Position numbers and translations under genes: made by a program
DNA from: an uncultured Bacteroidales bacterium
GTDB lineage: Bacteria > Bacteroidota > Bacteroidia > Bacteroidales > Paludibacteraceae
Assembly (NCBI GenBank): GCA_903912795.1
Contig: CAIWIS010000237.1
Span: 15,736 to 79,735, forward strand
Length of the DNA stretch: 64,000 bases
Direction: 5' to 3'
The notes under the pieces: model-generated
What the model saw: only the letters and a program-made list of their open reading frames with translations
What the model was told of the DNA's origin: nothing
Databases searched by the model: none
Shown: one piece after another, positions 27,155 through 33,864 of the stretch
Position numbering within the stretch: the stretch's first letter is position 1
How the letters are laid out: each line of letters opens with the position of its first letter

Positions 27155-27383
27155 TGCGCGTAAGCTTATAGTTAAAGTTATTACTGGACAATTAGAATAT
27201 AATGGCATAACATTAGGTAGTGCCGAACTTAATGCAATTGCTGATGATGTGTTATCTGCACTAATTGGATTAGGAATGGAACCGCCAGAAGTTGTTACTA
27301 CAGATCAATTAACTATTGGTAAAGGTATTTTAATAGGATCATTAAGAAAGTCTAGAAATTGGGAGCCGGAAGATGAAAACTAA
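27141..27383 (+). CDS. MKRS(E/D) paralog-family protein
   Basis: MKRSDARKL...LGMEPPEVV...NWEPEDEN. Paralogous to 45530-45856, 45843-46076 and 58926-59129. Confidence 0.55.
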   Translation: MKRSDARKLIVKVITGQLEYNGITLGSAELNAIADDVLSALIGLGMEPPEVVTTDQLTIGKGILIGSLRKSRNWEPEDEN

Positions 27384-27621
27384 AGTTAATGCTATACAAT
27401 GTCGAGGATGTTCTGATATAATTTATTCTAGAGCGCGGCATGATTTCAGGACATGTTCTTGCGGTAATTGTTCGATTGATGGCGGCTTTGATTATATGAA
27501 AATTTCATTTGGATATAATGGATATATTAATATGCCATTAGAAATTAAAGCTACTGAGAAAGATTTATGGGAAGATTGGAATAGTGGCGAAGATTGCTAT
27601 GGTTTAATTAAAGTAGATTAG
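27373..27621 (+). CDS. zinc-finger protein
   Basis: 82 aa with CRGC...CSCGNC. GGGAG SD. Confidence 0.6.
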   Translation: MKTKVNAIQCRGCSDIIYSRARHDFRTCSCGNCSIDGGFDYMKISFGYNGYINMPLEIKATEKDLWEDWNSGEDCYGLIKVD

Positions 27622-27636
27622 AAAGCGCAGGGGAGT
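27621..27636 (+). repeat. junction repeat GAAAGCGCAGGGGAGT, copy 1
   Basis: Begins at the last base of the upstream TAG stop and ends 1 nt before the ATG at 27638. Confidence 0.85.
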
Positions 27637-27637
27637 A

Positions 27638-27724
27638 ATGGGAAAATCCGAGGGGTTAACTATAATAATAGTGGTGGTTGCAATAAGTATGGTGTTTTTA
27701 ATCGTGAACATTTTAGATTTATGA
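27638..27724 (+). CDS. 28-aa hydrophobic peptide
   Basis: MGKSEGLTIIIVVVAISMVFLIVNILDL, sitting between two copies of the junction repeat. Confidence 0.4.
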   Translation: MGKSEGLTIIIVVVAISMVFLIVNILDL

Positions 27725-27738
27725 AAGCGCAGGGGAGT
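27723..27738 (+). repeat. junction repeat GAAAGCGCAGGGGAGT, copy 2
   Basis: Overlaps the TGA of the peptide ORF. The next gene starts at GTG 27737 or ATG 27740. Confidence 0.85.
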
Positions 27739-27739
27739 G

Positions 27740-28057
27740 ATGAACTGTAATTTAACAAATGAAGAACGAAAAACAAAAAAAGCGAGATGTAGGTCTTGGG
27801 ATTGTTCTGCTTGTAATAATTTTTACACTAATTGCTTGAACGAAGAAATAATTAAATTAAACAGACAACTTGAGATAGCTGTTAAAGCATTAAGATTTTA
27901 CAACAACCATAGTAATTGGGCTGAAATAGGAAATTTAAACTACGGTATATATATTATGATGTTAAACGAGAAAGATACTACATTAGTCGATGGTAAAATC
28001 GTTGGTGGGTTTATCGCTAAGATGGCTTTAGATGATTTAGAAAGCGCAGGGGAGTGA
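27740..28057 (+). CDS. hypothetical cysteine-containing protein
   Basis: About 105 aa, ends ...LESAGE with the repeat translated. Confidence 0.6.
   Translation: MNCNLTNEERKTKKARCRSWDCSACNNFYTNCLNEEIIKLNRQLEIAVKALRFYNNHSNWAEIGNLNYGIYIMMLNEKDTTLVDGKIVGGFIAKMALDDLESAGE
28040..28055 (+). repeat. junction repeat GAAAGCGCAGGGGAGT, copy 3
   Basis: Encodes ESAGE plus the TGA of the upstream gene. The next ATG is at 28059. Confidence 0.85.
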
Positions 28058-28058
28058 A

Positions 28059-28289
28059 ATGGCAACTTGGACAAACATAAAAATTCCTGAAAGATACGAT
28101 GATAGACGTTTGCAAGCTTTAACAATTGAAACTTTAAATTTTGAAATCATGCAAAAAGACAAATTGATTTCTTCACTCTTTACAGAATTAGAAAATATTT
28201 TTGATTCGTTGAAAGAAAATAAAAAGATCACGTTAAAATTGGGCAAAGAAACTATTGTTGCAATATTAGATGAAAGCGCAGGGGAGTGA
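28059..28289 (+). CDS. hypothetical protein
   Basis: 76 aa, ends ...DESAGE with the repeat translated. Confidence 0.6.
   Translation: MATWTNIKIPERYDDRRLQALTIETLNFEIMQKDKLISSLFTELENIFDSLKENKKITLKLGKETIVAILDESAGE
28272..28287 (+). repeat. junction repeat GAAAGCGCAGGGGAGT, copy 4
   Basis: Encodes ESAGE. The TGATG stop/start overlap is at 28287-28291. Confidence 0.85.
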
Positions 28290-28531
28290 TGAAATCATTA
28301 GTAGGTGAATTAGAGGACGAGCGTAGTAGTACAAATTATTCAGAGTTGCTAGTTAAAATAAGAATACTAGAACGAGAGCTAGAGGATAAAAACAGAGCTT
28401 TAATTGAAATCATCAAAGAAGAAACGAATAATCAAAGACCTGGTGGCTCTTATTCAAGAAGTTATTCAATCGCATATTATGCAATGAAAGCTTATCAACC
28501 GTCCGGAATTTCCAGAATGAAAGATGAATAA
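28289..28531 (+). CDS. hypothetical protein
   Basis: About 80 aa, coupled to the upstream stop. Confidence 0.55.
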   Translation: MKSLVGELEDERSSTNYSELLVKIRILERELEDKNRALIEIIKEETNNQRPGGSYSRSYSIAYYAMKAYQPSGISRMKDE

Positions 28532-28780
28532 ATGAAGAAAGAAGAAACGGCTTTTGAACAAGCTTGTCGAATAGCAATTGAAGAAGCATTTTCTAATATT
28601 TTTGCCGATGCGTATAAAATGGATAAATTAAAGATACCTAGAACTTTATGGAAACAAATATTTGTATATCAGGACAAGGATGGTAACGAAGTTGAATTGA
28701 CTACACCGCCCGAACAATTGATGTATACAGATTATGATCAATCCTTAGTCTATAAAGATTCATATATAACTCGTAAATAA
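28532..28780 (+). CDS. hypothetical protein
   Basis: 82 aa, starts immediately after the previous stop. Confidence 0.55.
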   Translation: MKKEETAFEQACRIAIEEAFSNIFADAYKMDKLKIPRTLWKQIFVYQDKDGNEVELTTPPEQLMYTDYDQSLVYKDSYITRK

Positions 28781-28797
28781 GATATTGTGGAGGAACT

Positions 28798-29016
28798 GTG
28801 TTTTCTTTCTTTAAAGTCTACTTTGTTGATGAAGGTAACAATAAACAAATAATGGATGCTGTTATATACGGTACAGTACAAACCCCATTATTTAATGTTG
28901 ATGCTGTTGACTTATTCTTTAGACAAGGGTATATTAGAATTAATAAAACTGTGATACCTATAAAACAAGTAATCAGGATTCAAGTAGAAGATGTCCAAGA
29001 TCACATAGTCGATTAG
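28798..29016 (+). CDS. hypothetical protein
   Basis: 72 aa, GTG start with GGAGG SD. Confidence 0.55.
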   Translation: MFSFFKVYFVDEGNNKQIMDAVIYGTVQTPLFNVDAVDLFFRQGYIRINKTVIPIKQVIRIQVEDVQDHIVD

Positions 29017-29024
29017 GAATAATT

Positions 29025-29267
29025 ATGATACCATTAGGTGAGATTGTTATATTTTTAACTCCAAAAGCCTATAGTCGATTAGAACTTGGGCATTATATTA
29101 AAAATTTAGAAGAACTGGGTATTGAAGTTTGTACTACCCCTATGGTTTATATGAATATGTCCGAGGGTTGGACAGAAGAAGAGTGTGATAACGCGGTTTA
29201 CATTATGCCGAAAACTAATGTAGAAAGTCAAACTAATGGACTTAATTTTAAGAAATCTATCTCTTAA
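29025..29267 (+). CDS. hypothetical protein
   Basis: 80 aa, TAGGA SD. Confidence 0.5.
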   Translation: MIPLGEIVIFLTPKAYSRLELGHYIKNLEELGIEVCTTPMVYMNMSEGWTEEECDNAVYIMPKTNVESQTNGLNFKKSIS

Positions 29268-29496
29268 ATATAAAGGTAAAAAAATTTGGGTAGACGTTTA
29301 CGCTGCAACACGCGGTGGTACCCTATCTCCTGTTACCTTTTATTTTAAACATAAAGATAAATGGATAGTGCCACTTGAAAGTCGATTAGGATTCTATGGT
29401 CCAGAAATGATTAAATACACGAGATTAAGGTATATAGCTAAAATAAACAATTTAACTTCCCATACTACAATGTTTTTAGAAAGCCGCTATAAATAA
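29236..29496 (+). CDS. hypothetical protein
   Basis: 86 aa, overlaps the previous gene by 32 nt; the start is uncertain. Confidence 0.45.
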   Translation: MDLILRNLSLKYKGKKIWVDVYAATRGGTLSPVTFYFKHKDKWIVPLESRLGFYGPEMIKYTRLRYIAKINNLTSHTTMFLESRYK

Positions 29497-29549
29497 AGTC
29501 AGAGATACCTAAAATTTTAACAAAACCGTACATTATATTGTTTTACATA

Positions 29550-29579
29550 GGGTTACCCATAACAGGGTAGCCCTTTTTT
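29550..29579 (+). terminator. rho-independent terminator ending the early small-gene block
   Basis: GGGTTACCC-ataaca-GGGTAGCCC (one G-U pair) followed by T6. Confidence 0.7.
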
Positions 29580-29602
29580 ATTATCTACATTTATAGAGCG
29601 TT

Positions 29603-30553
29603 TTAGAGTGAAATAAGGGATTTCCAATTTTCATTGTCCATAGTCCCATCCCAAAGATTAGATTTTGACATATTTGTCTTAGGATTTAAATATTGCAAAT
29701 TCCAAGGAACATGTAACCCGCAGACATCGGGATGATGTAATGGTATGATGTGGTCAACGTGGTTATCGTTTTTATTTTCATAAAAGTCGATTAATTCTTT
29801 TTTATAAAATTTACTAATTTTTTGCTTACATTCTTTCTTTCTAATTTTTTTAAGTTCTTTTCGAGCTTTAATTGCTGCAGGGCTATGTCCAGATTTACAA
29901 TAAATTCGATTTGAGCGTTTAGATTCAAATAGTTGATTACAAGTTGGACAGGTTTTATTATAAACTTTTTTGTTATTTTCCAATTTAATTTTATGCGGTT
30001 TACAAGTATCAGAACAATACCGTTTCCGATTTAATGTTGGAGCACAGCAAGTTTTACATTTTGATGAAGATTTGTGTTTATAGTGTTTTTTAACTTTACA
30101 AGAATTAGAACATACCTTTTGCTTGGAATAGAATGTTTCAAATTGTTTTAAACAAGTTTCACAATTTTTAATAAAACTTTTACGCGGAGGTTTTATTTTT
30201 TTAGCACGTCGAGTTTTTTCTATTTCAGCATAACAATTAGGGCACACTCGACCATGCCAAAGTCTTCCGTCATCACCCTTATATATTCCTGAATTATGTT
30301 CATTCTTACCTAAATAGATTCGAGTAAATGTATTTAAACATATTCTACATTGCTTTTGTTCAGATTCACCAATACTTGAAGCTGATCTTAAAAGTCGATT
30401 ACGTTCTAGACGTTTAATTTTACAATCAGTACACACATTACTTGTCCAGATTTTATTAGGATGATCTGGAAATTCAGTATAGCCTAAATTGGTCAAATTA
30501 TAATATTTACTTTCTTTACAGCAAGTGCAAACTTTTTTATTTAATAGTTCCAT
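29603..30553 (-). CDS. multi-zinc-ribbon HNH endonuclease
   Basis: 316 aa with about ten CxxC pairs. C-terminal HNH core [10 protein letters not shown]...[19 protein letters not shown]. Confidence 0.75.
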   Translation of the reverse strand: MELLNKKVCTCCKESKYYNLTNLGYTEFPDHPNKIWTSNVCTDCKIKRLERNRLLRSASSIGESEQKQCRICLNTFTRIYLGKNEHNSGIYKGDDGRLWHGRVCPNCYAEIEKTRRAKKIKPPRKSFIKNCETCLKQFETFYSKQKVCSNSCKVKKHYKHKSSSKCKTCCAPTLNRKRYCSDTCKPHKIKLENNKKVYNKTCPTCNQLFESKRSNRIYCKSGHSPAAIKARKELKKIRKKECKQKISKFYKKELIDFYENKNDNHVDHIIPLHHPDVCGLHVPWNLQYLNPKTNMSKSNLWDGTMDNENWKSLISL

Positions 30554-30568
30554 ATAAATACTTGTTAA
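30553..30568 (-). promoter_or_regulatory. late-promoter-like motif TTAACAAGT-N6-A, predicted leaderless start
   Basis: Minus strand reads TTAACAAGTatttatATG, the same 6-nt spacing to the ATG as at 4686-4701. Confidence 0.45.
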
Positions 30569-30648
30569 CGATGTATGCGTGTAACTAGATAAAAGTCTAA
30601 ACGTGTGTGTGAGCTATACACAATCTTTAATCATCTCATACCATCCTA

Positions 30649-30657
30649 CCCCCCCCC
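30649..30657 (+). repeat. C9 homopolymer tract
   Basis: cctaCCCCCCCCCtgc in an otherwise AT-rich non-coding region. Confidence 0.9.
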
Positions 30658-30690
30658 TGCATCAATCATGCCAATCCCTATATGATACAC

Positions 30691-30878
30691 CGGCATATAA
30701 CTTGCAATAGCATTAGGCATGCCAACTCATTAGGCATATAGATTGTATTATACAAATACTATTCCACACAACACATTACACATTGGCATATAACTTGCAT
30801 GTAGTTAATTCAATTAACATGTTGGCATAAGCTTTGCATACTTTTGTTAATGCGAACTTGTGAGCATTAATTTTGCAT
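30691..30878 (+). promoter_or_regulatory. tandem array of sigma-54-type (-24/-12) promoter-like elements
   Basis: cGGCATataacTTGCAa (30691-30707), aGGCATatagaTTGTAt (30732-30748, weak), TGGCATataacTTGCAt (30784-30800), TGGCATaagctTTGCAt (30823-30839), gAGCATtaattTTGCAt (30862-30878, weak). All lie on the plus strand. Confidence 0.45.
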
Positions 30879-30922
30879 ATTCAATATTCCAATATGGAAT
30901 AATATTATAAGTGAATAAGTTC

Positions 30923-31037
30923 TAATCGACTGTGTCTGAGTGAGTGTACTTCGTATCCTATCTCTTTCTTATTCATTCTTACATCTAATCGACTATTCTC
31001 ATCTTTATATAATCGACTTACTTTGAGACAATCGACT
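30923..31037 (+). repeat. four direct copies of (T)AATCGACT (iteron/operator-like)
   Basis: TAATCGACT at 30923, 30986 and 31010, and cAATCGACT at 31029. More copies occur elsewhere (see findings). Confidence 0.8.
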
Positions 31038-31295
31038 CTTGATTCGTCCATATATCGTTTATACAGCATGATATCAATAAGCCTATACATCACTAGTCTA
31101 CACCTTAGATCGTCAATCCTAAGCTAAGTCTGTGCGTCTCAATATAGTATATACTAAGTGACAATTAATGTCATTGTGTTTATAAGTTCTACATCACTTA
31201 AGCTATTAATATCTTTCAGGATTATATAATGTTCTTTAATTGTCTATAAGTTTTTCACAATTTTAGTCATTAACTCAAATATATTAGACTTAAGC

Positions 31296-31311
31296 ATGGC
31301 ATCGACCTTGC
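31296..31311 (+). promoter_or_regulatory. sigma-54-type promoter TGGCATcgaccTTGCT
   Basis: GG and GC are spaced as in the TGGCAC-N5-TTGCW consensus. Followed by ATATAGT, as at 32746. ATAAGTT boxes lie at 31182 and 31246, about -114 and -50. Confidence 0.55.
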
Positions 31312-31341
31312 TATATAGTATTATATCAAGTGAGGTATAAA

Positions 31342-31557
31342 ATGATGGATAAAATAATTATAAACAAAGCACAGACACAAGCTACTATATACTTTAATGA
31401 TGGCCGTCAATTTAATTTACACCATAGTGACGGTTTAGTGTTAGACTTAATACAAGACTTATTCTATGGATTATCTCGTGTTGAATCAAGTCTAGAGGTC
31501 ACTCAAGTTATTGAAAACGATAGTCAATTATCTTTTGACTTTATGAAAGTTGGATAA
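31342..31557 (+). CDS. hypothetical protein
   Basis: I prefer ATG 31342 (GAGG SD) to the GTG at 31330. Confidence 0.55.
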   Translation: MMDKIIINKAQTQATIYFNDGRQFNLHHSDGLVLDLIQDLFYGLSRVESSLEVTQVIENDSQLSFDFMKVG

Positions 31558-31626
31558 TATGTTAACCGCGTCAATTATATTTTTTATTTATTTTATGATA
31601 TTAGAAAAATTAACTGGGAGTTACTA

Positions 31627-31746
31627 ATGGACAGACTTATAACCTTTTTTGTTGTACTTATGGCTTTAATTTTAATAAATGAAACTATGACAATATTGTC
31701 ACTTGATACCCAAAAGAATATTGAAACAATTTTAATTAATAAATAA
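31627..31746 (+). CDS. 39-aa membrane peptide (below the track cut-off)
   Basis: GGGAG SD. MDRLITFFVVLMALILINETMTILSLDTQKNIETILINK. Confidence 0.4.
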   Translation: MDRLITFFVVLMALILINETMTILSLDTQKNIETILINK

Positions 31747-31760
31747 TATTAGGAGTTTAT

Positions 31761-31952
31761 ATGGGAAACTATTATCAAAATCAATTAAAAAAATTGACTA
31801 ATTTTAAAGCGATTAATATTAAATTAAGTGACTTTGAAGGCAATTCAACTAATAACATGGACTTAAATCTTGAGTCAATTCAAACACTTAAGGCATTTTT
31901 GTCTAAACTTGAAACGGACTTAATTAAAGCTAACGTAAAGAGTGAGGTTTAA
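31761..31952 (+). CDS. hypothetical protein
   Basis: 63 aa, AGGAG SD. Confidence 0.55.
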   Translation: MGNYYQNQLKKLTNFKAINIKLSDFEGNSTNNMDLNLESIQTLKAFLSKLETDLIKANVKSEV

Positions 31953-31957
31953 TTTAT

Positions 31958-32146
31958 ATGGCATTAAGTTTGCATGACATTAAAATCATTCAATACAGGA
32001 ATAAAATTGTCACAAGACTTCGTTCTAGAGTAAAGCATTTTGGCACTAAATTAAATTATTATGAGATTAGGTTATCTCAAATTGATGCAGCTTATCCTGA
32101 ATTAAGAGGTAAAGGTATTATAGACTTGAAAGGTGTTTCAAAATGA
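31958..32146 (+). CDS. hypothetical protein
   Basis: 62 aa, GAGG SD. Confidence 0.55.
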   Translation: MALSLHDIKIIQYRNKIVTRLRSRVKHFGTKLNYYEIRLSQIDAAYPELRGKGIIDLKGVSK

Positions 32147-32256
32147 AAATATATATAGTTAGATCAATTAAATCGTCGTCTCAATATAAAACATTCACTA
32201 AGCGTCTAGATGCAATACGTTTCATTATGAGACATCCCGAATATTATATGGAATAA
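32143..32256 (+). CDS. 37-aa hypothetical protein (below the track cut-off)
   Basis: ATGA start/stop overlap with the previous gene. MKIYIVRSIKSSSQYKTFTKRLDAIRFIMRHPEYYME. Confidence 0.35.
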   Translation: MKIYIVRSIKSSSQYKTFTKRLDAIRFIMRHPEYYME

Positions 32257-32569
32257 ATAGAGTACACCGTGAAATTATTGTGGACACAGCGTAAAGCGTT
32301 CGACGCTGCGAGCGTCTCACTTTGAAGCGCGATAACTTGTCTCATTCTGGACATAGCAAGGCCACTACGGCACGTTTTGTTTCAGTTTGAGACATCATGC
32401 TATGTCTTAATTCAAACTTAATGTTTCATAGCTAGAAATCTCATTTTGAGACTTCAGTCGAGTATTGACTCGGTGTAGTGAGCTTGACTCACTCTTTGCC
32501 TATCCCTTGCGGTATCACTATGAAACAACGCGGCAGCCTTGATTTTTAAACTAATACTGGCACGTTTCT
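32257..32569 (-). ncRNA. candidate ~310-nt structured non-coding RNA (strand inferred from the promoter motif)
   Basis: No ORF of 60 aa or more, and GC clearly above the flanks. 9-bp long-range helices GACATAGCA (32350-58)/TGCTATGTC (32398-406) and GTTTCATAG (32423-31)/CTATGAAAC (32518-26). Hairpins at 32302-16, 32459-72 and 32477-93, the last two both carrying TTGACTC. A TTAACAAGT-N6-A motif at 32569-32584 points into the segment. Confidence 0.45.
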
Positions 32570-32584
32570 TTAATAACTTGTTAA
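32569..32584 (-). promoter_or_regulatory. late-promoter-like motif TTAACAAGT-N6-A with no ORF downstream
   Basis: Minus strand reads TTAACAAGTtattaaA, followed by the GC-rich structured segment. Confidence 0.45.
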
Positions 32585-32745
32585 TAATAACATGTTTTAA
32601 TATGATATGTCAAACTTATTTTTTTATAAATAAGTTATACAGCAAGCAAGTTATTGATTTTATTTTGTTAATTGAATTATTTATAAAAACATATATAAGT
32701 TATACACTGAAAATATTGTTAACTCTCATATATTTGATTTAACCT

Positions 32746-32761
32746 TGGCATCTCGCTTGCT
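32746..32761 (+). promoter_or_regulatory. sigma-54-type promoter TGGCATctcgcTTGCT (amidoligase operon)
   Basis: Followed by the same ATATAGT as at 31312. A 12-nt direct repeat ATAAGTTATACA lies at 32630-41 and 32695-706, about -116 and -51. Confidence 0.55.
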
Positions 32762-32806
32762 ATATAGTTAAGTATCGAGTAACTGATAAAAAAAAAGGAT
32801 GTAAAC

Positions 32807-33832
32807 ATGAAAAACTTTAAAATTGAAAATAATAAAATCGTTATAGACATGAGCGCGATTAAGTCAAAAAAGCATTTATACAATTTTAATATGATGGTCG
32901 GCAAAAATAAACTTAACGATGCGCTGTCTTATCTTGATTCGTTTAATGGTGTCAGAGCGAGAAATCTTTCCTTTAATTCGAATAAAAATTCATTGTGTCG
33001 AGATGTATTAAATGTAAATAAAGACAAATATTTTAAAATATATAACTCAATGTTAGATGCTAATAAACAACACAATCCGATTTCTTTTGATACGCAATAT
33101 TTTGGCGTGGAAATTGAGTGTTTTATACCTTATATTGCAACGTGTACTAATGGCGATATAGATGATTCGACACATAGCAATCAACGCGAATTAAAAAAAT
33201 TGTTTAGCCAAAACAAAATTAAGTTTGCCACTGTAAAAAGCGACGGTTCAATTCGAGAAACTGAAGGTCACTTTCCGGTTGAAATTACAATTTTGACAAA
33301 ATTTAACGACACATCAAATTTGCAAAAAGCATGTGAATTATTAAACAATTTAGGCGCAAAAGTGAATAAATCGTGCGGTTTACATGTGCATTTAGACTCG
33401 CGTAATTTGAGCGAAAGTCAAGTTTTAGAAATTGGGAAAAATTTTAAAAAAGCTTTACCCGTTTTATTAAAGATGGTTCCTAAATCGAGACGCGATAATT
33501 CGTATTGCAGAGCGTCTGTCTCAAAAATGTCAGGACAAAGATATCATGCTGTAAATTTAACAGCGTTTAGTAAATATAAAACAATTGAAATTCGATTGCA
33601 CAGCTCAACAACTGATTTTAATAAAATTATGAACTGGGCTAATTTACTTAACGCCATTAAAAAAAGTACGATCAAAAAAACTTGTCAAAATATTAATGAT
33701 TTAACAGACTACATTAAAATTGACGAAAATTTATTAGAATATGTCGCACAACGCACAGCATTATTTAATGGCGAGAGTGACATATCAATTTCAGCGAAAG
33801 ATCTAGATAATACCGACAGTAACGCAGCATAA
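32807..33832 (+). CDS. amidoligase (glutamine-synthetase-like COOH-NH2 ligase, Amidoligase_2-type)
   Basis: 341 aa. FGVEIECF, SDGSIRE, PVEITILT, CGLHVHLD, YHAVNL and IEIRLHSST occur in the order typical of this family. Confidence 0.7.
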   Translation: MKNFKIENNKIVIDMSAIKSKKHLYNFNMMVGKNKLNDALSYLDSFNGVRARNLSFNSNKNSLCRDVLNVNKDKYFKIYNSMLDANKQHNPISFDTQYFGVEIECFIPYIATCTNGDIDDSTHSNQRELKKLFSQNKIKFATVKSDGSIRETEGHFPVEITILTKFNDTSNLQKACELLNNLGAKVNKSCGLHVHLDSRNLSESQVLEIGKNFKKALPVLLKMVPKSRRDNSYCRASVSKMSGQRYHAVNLTAFSKYKTIEIRLHSSTTDFNKIMNWANLLNAIKKSTIKKTCQNINDLTDYIKIDENLLEYVAQRTALFNGESDISISAKDLDNTDSNAA

Positions 33833-33864
33833 TTTTTTTTAATTAATTTTTAAAGGAGTTTTAT

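Noticed and set aside
27940-28246. Minus-strand ORFs 27940-28125 and 28037-28246, and likewise 35962-36150.
   Set aside because: They are antisense to tightly coupled plus-strand genes and have no SD.
27621-28287. Possible CRISPR array, given four identical 16-mers.
   Set aside because: The spacings are irregular (about 102, 317 and 232 nt). The intervals are ordinary coding genes, the repeat is short and partly translated, and no cas genes are present. The same reasoning applies to the (CG)n elements at 35.2-37.5 kb.
30923-31037. Reading TAATCGACT as a T7-type single-subunit RNAP promoter.
   Set aside because: It resembles only part of the T7 core (TAATACGACT). There is no conserved initiation sequence downstream, several copies sit antisense inside genes, and no single-subunit RNAP gene is in the window. 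I keep it only as a remote alternative within the motif finding.
30905-31093. 62-aa minus-strand ORF in the non-coding control region.
   Set aside because: Its repeated SRL tripeptides are simply the TAATCGACT repeats read in frame. It has no SD and lies opposite the sigma-54-like elements.
32539-32904. ORFs 32539-32742 (+) and 32719-32904 (-).
   Set aside because: These are AT-rich, low-complexity, Ile/Leu/Phe-rich translations spanning the late motif, the ATAAGTTATACA repeats and the sigma-54-type promoter. The second is antisense to the amidoligase start.
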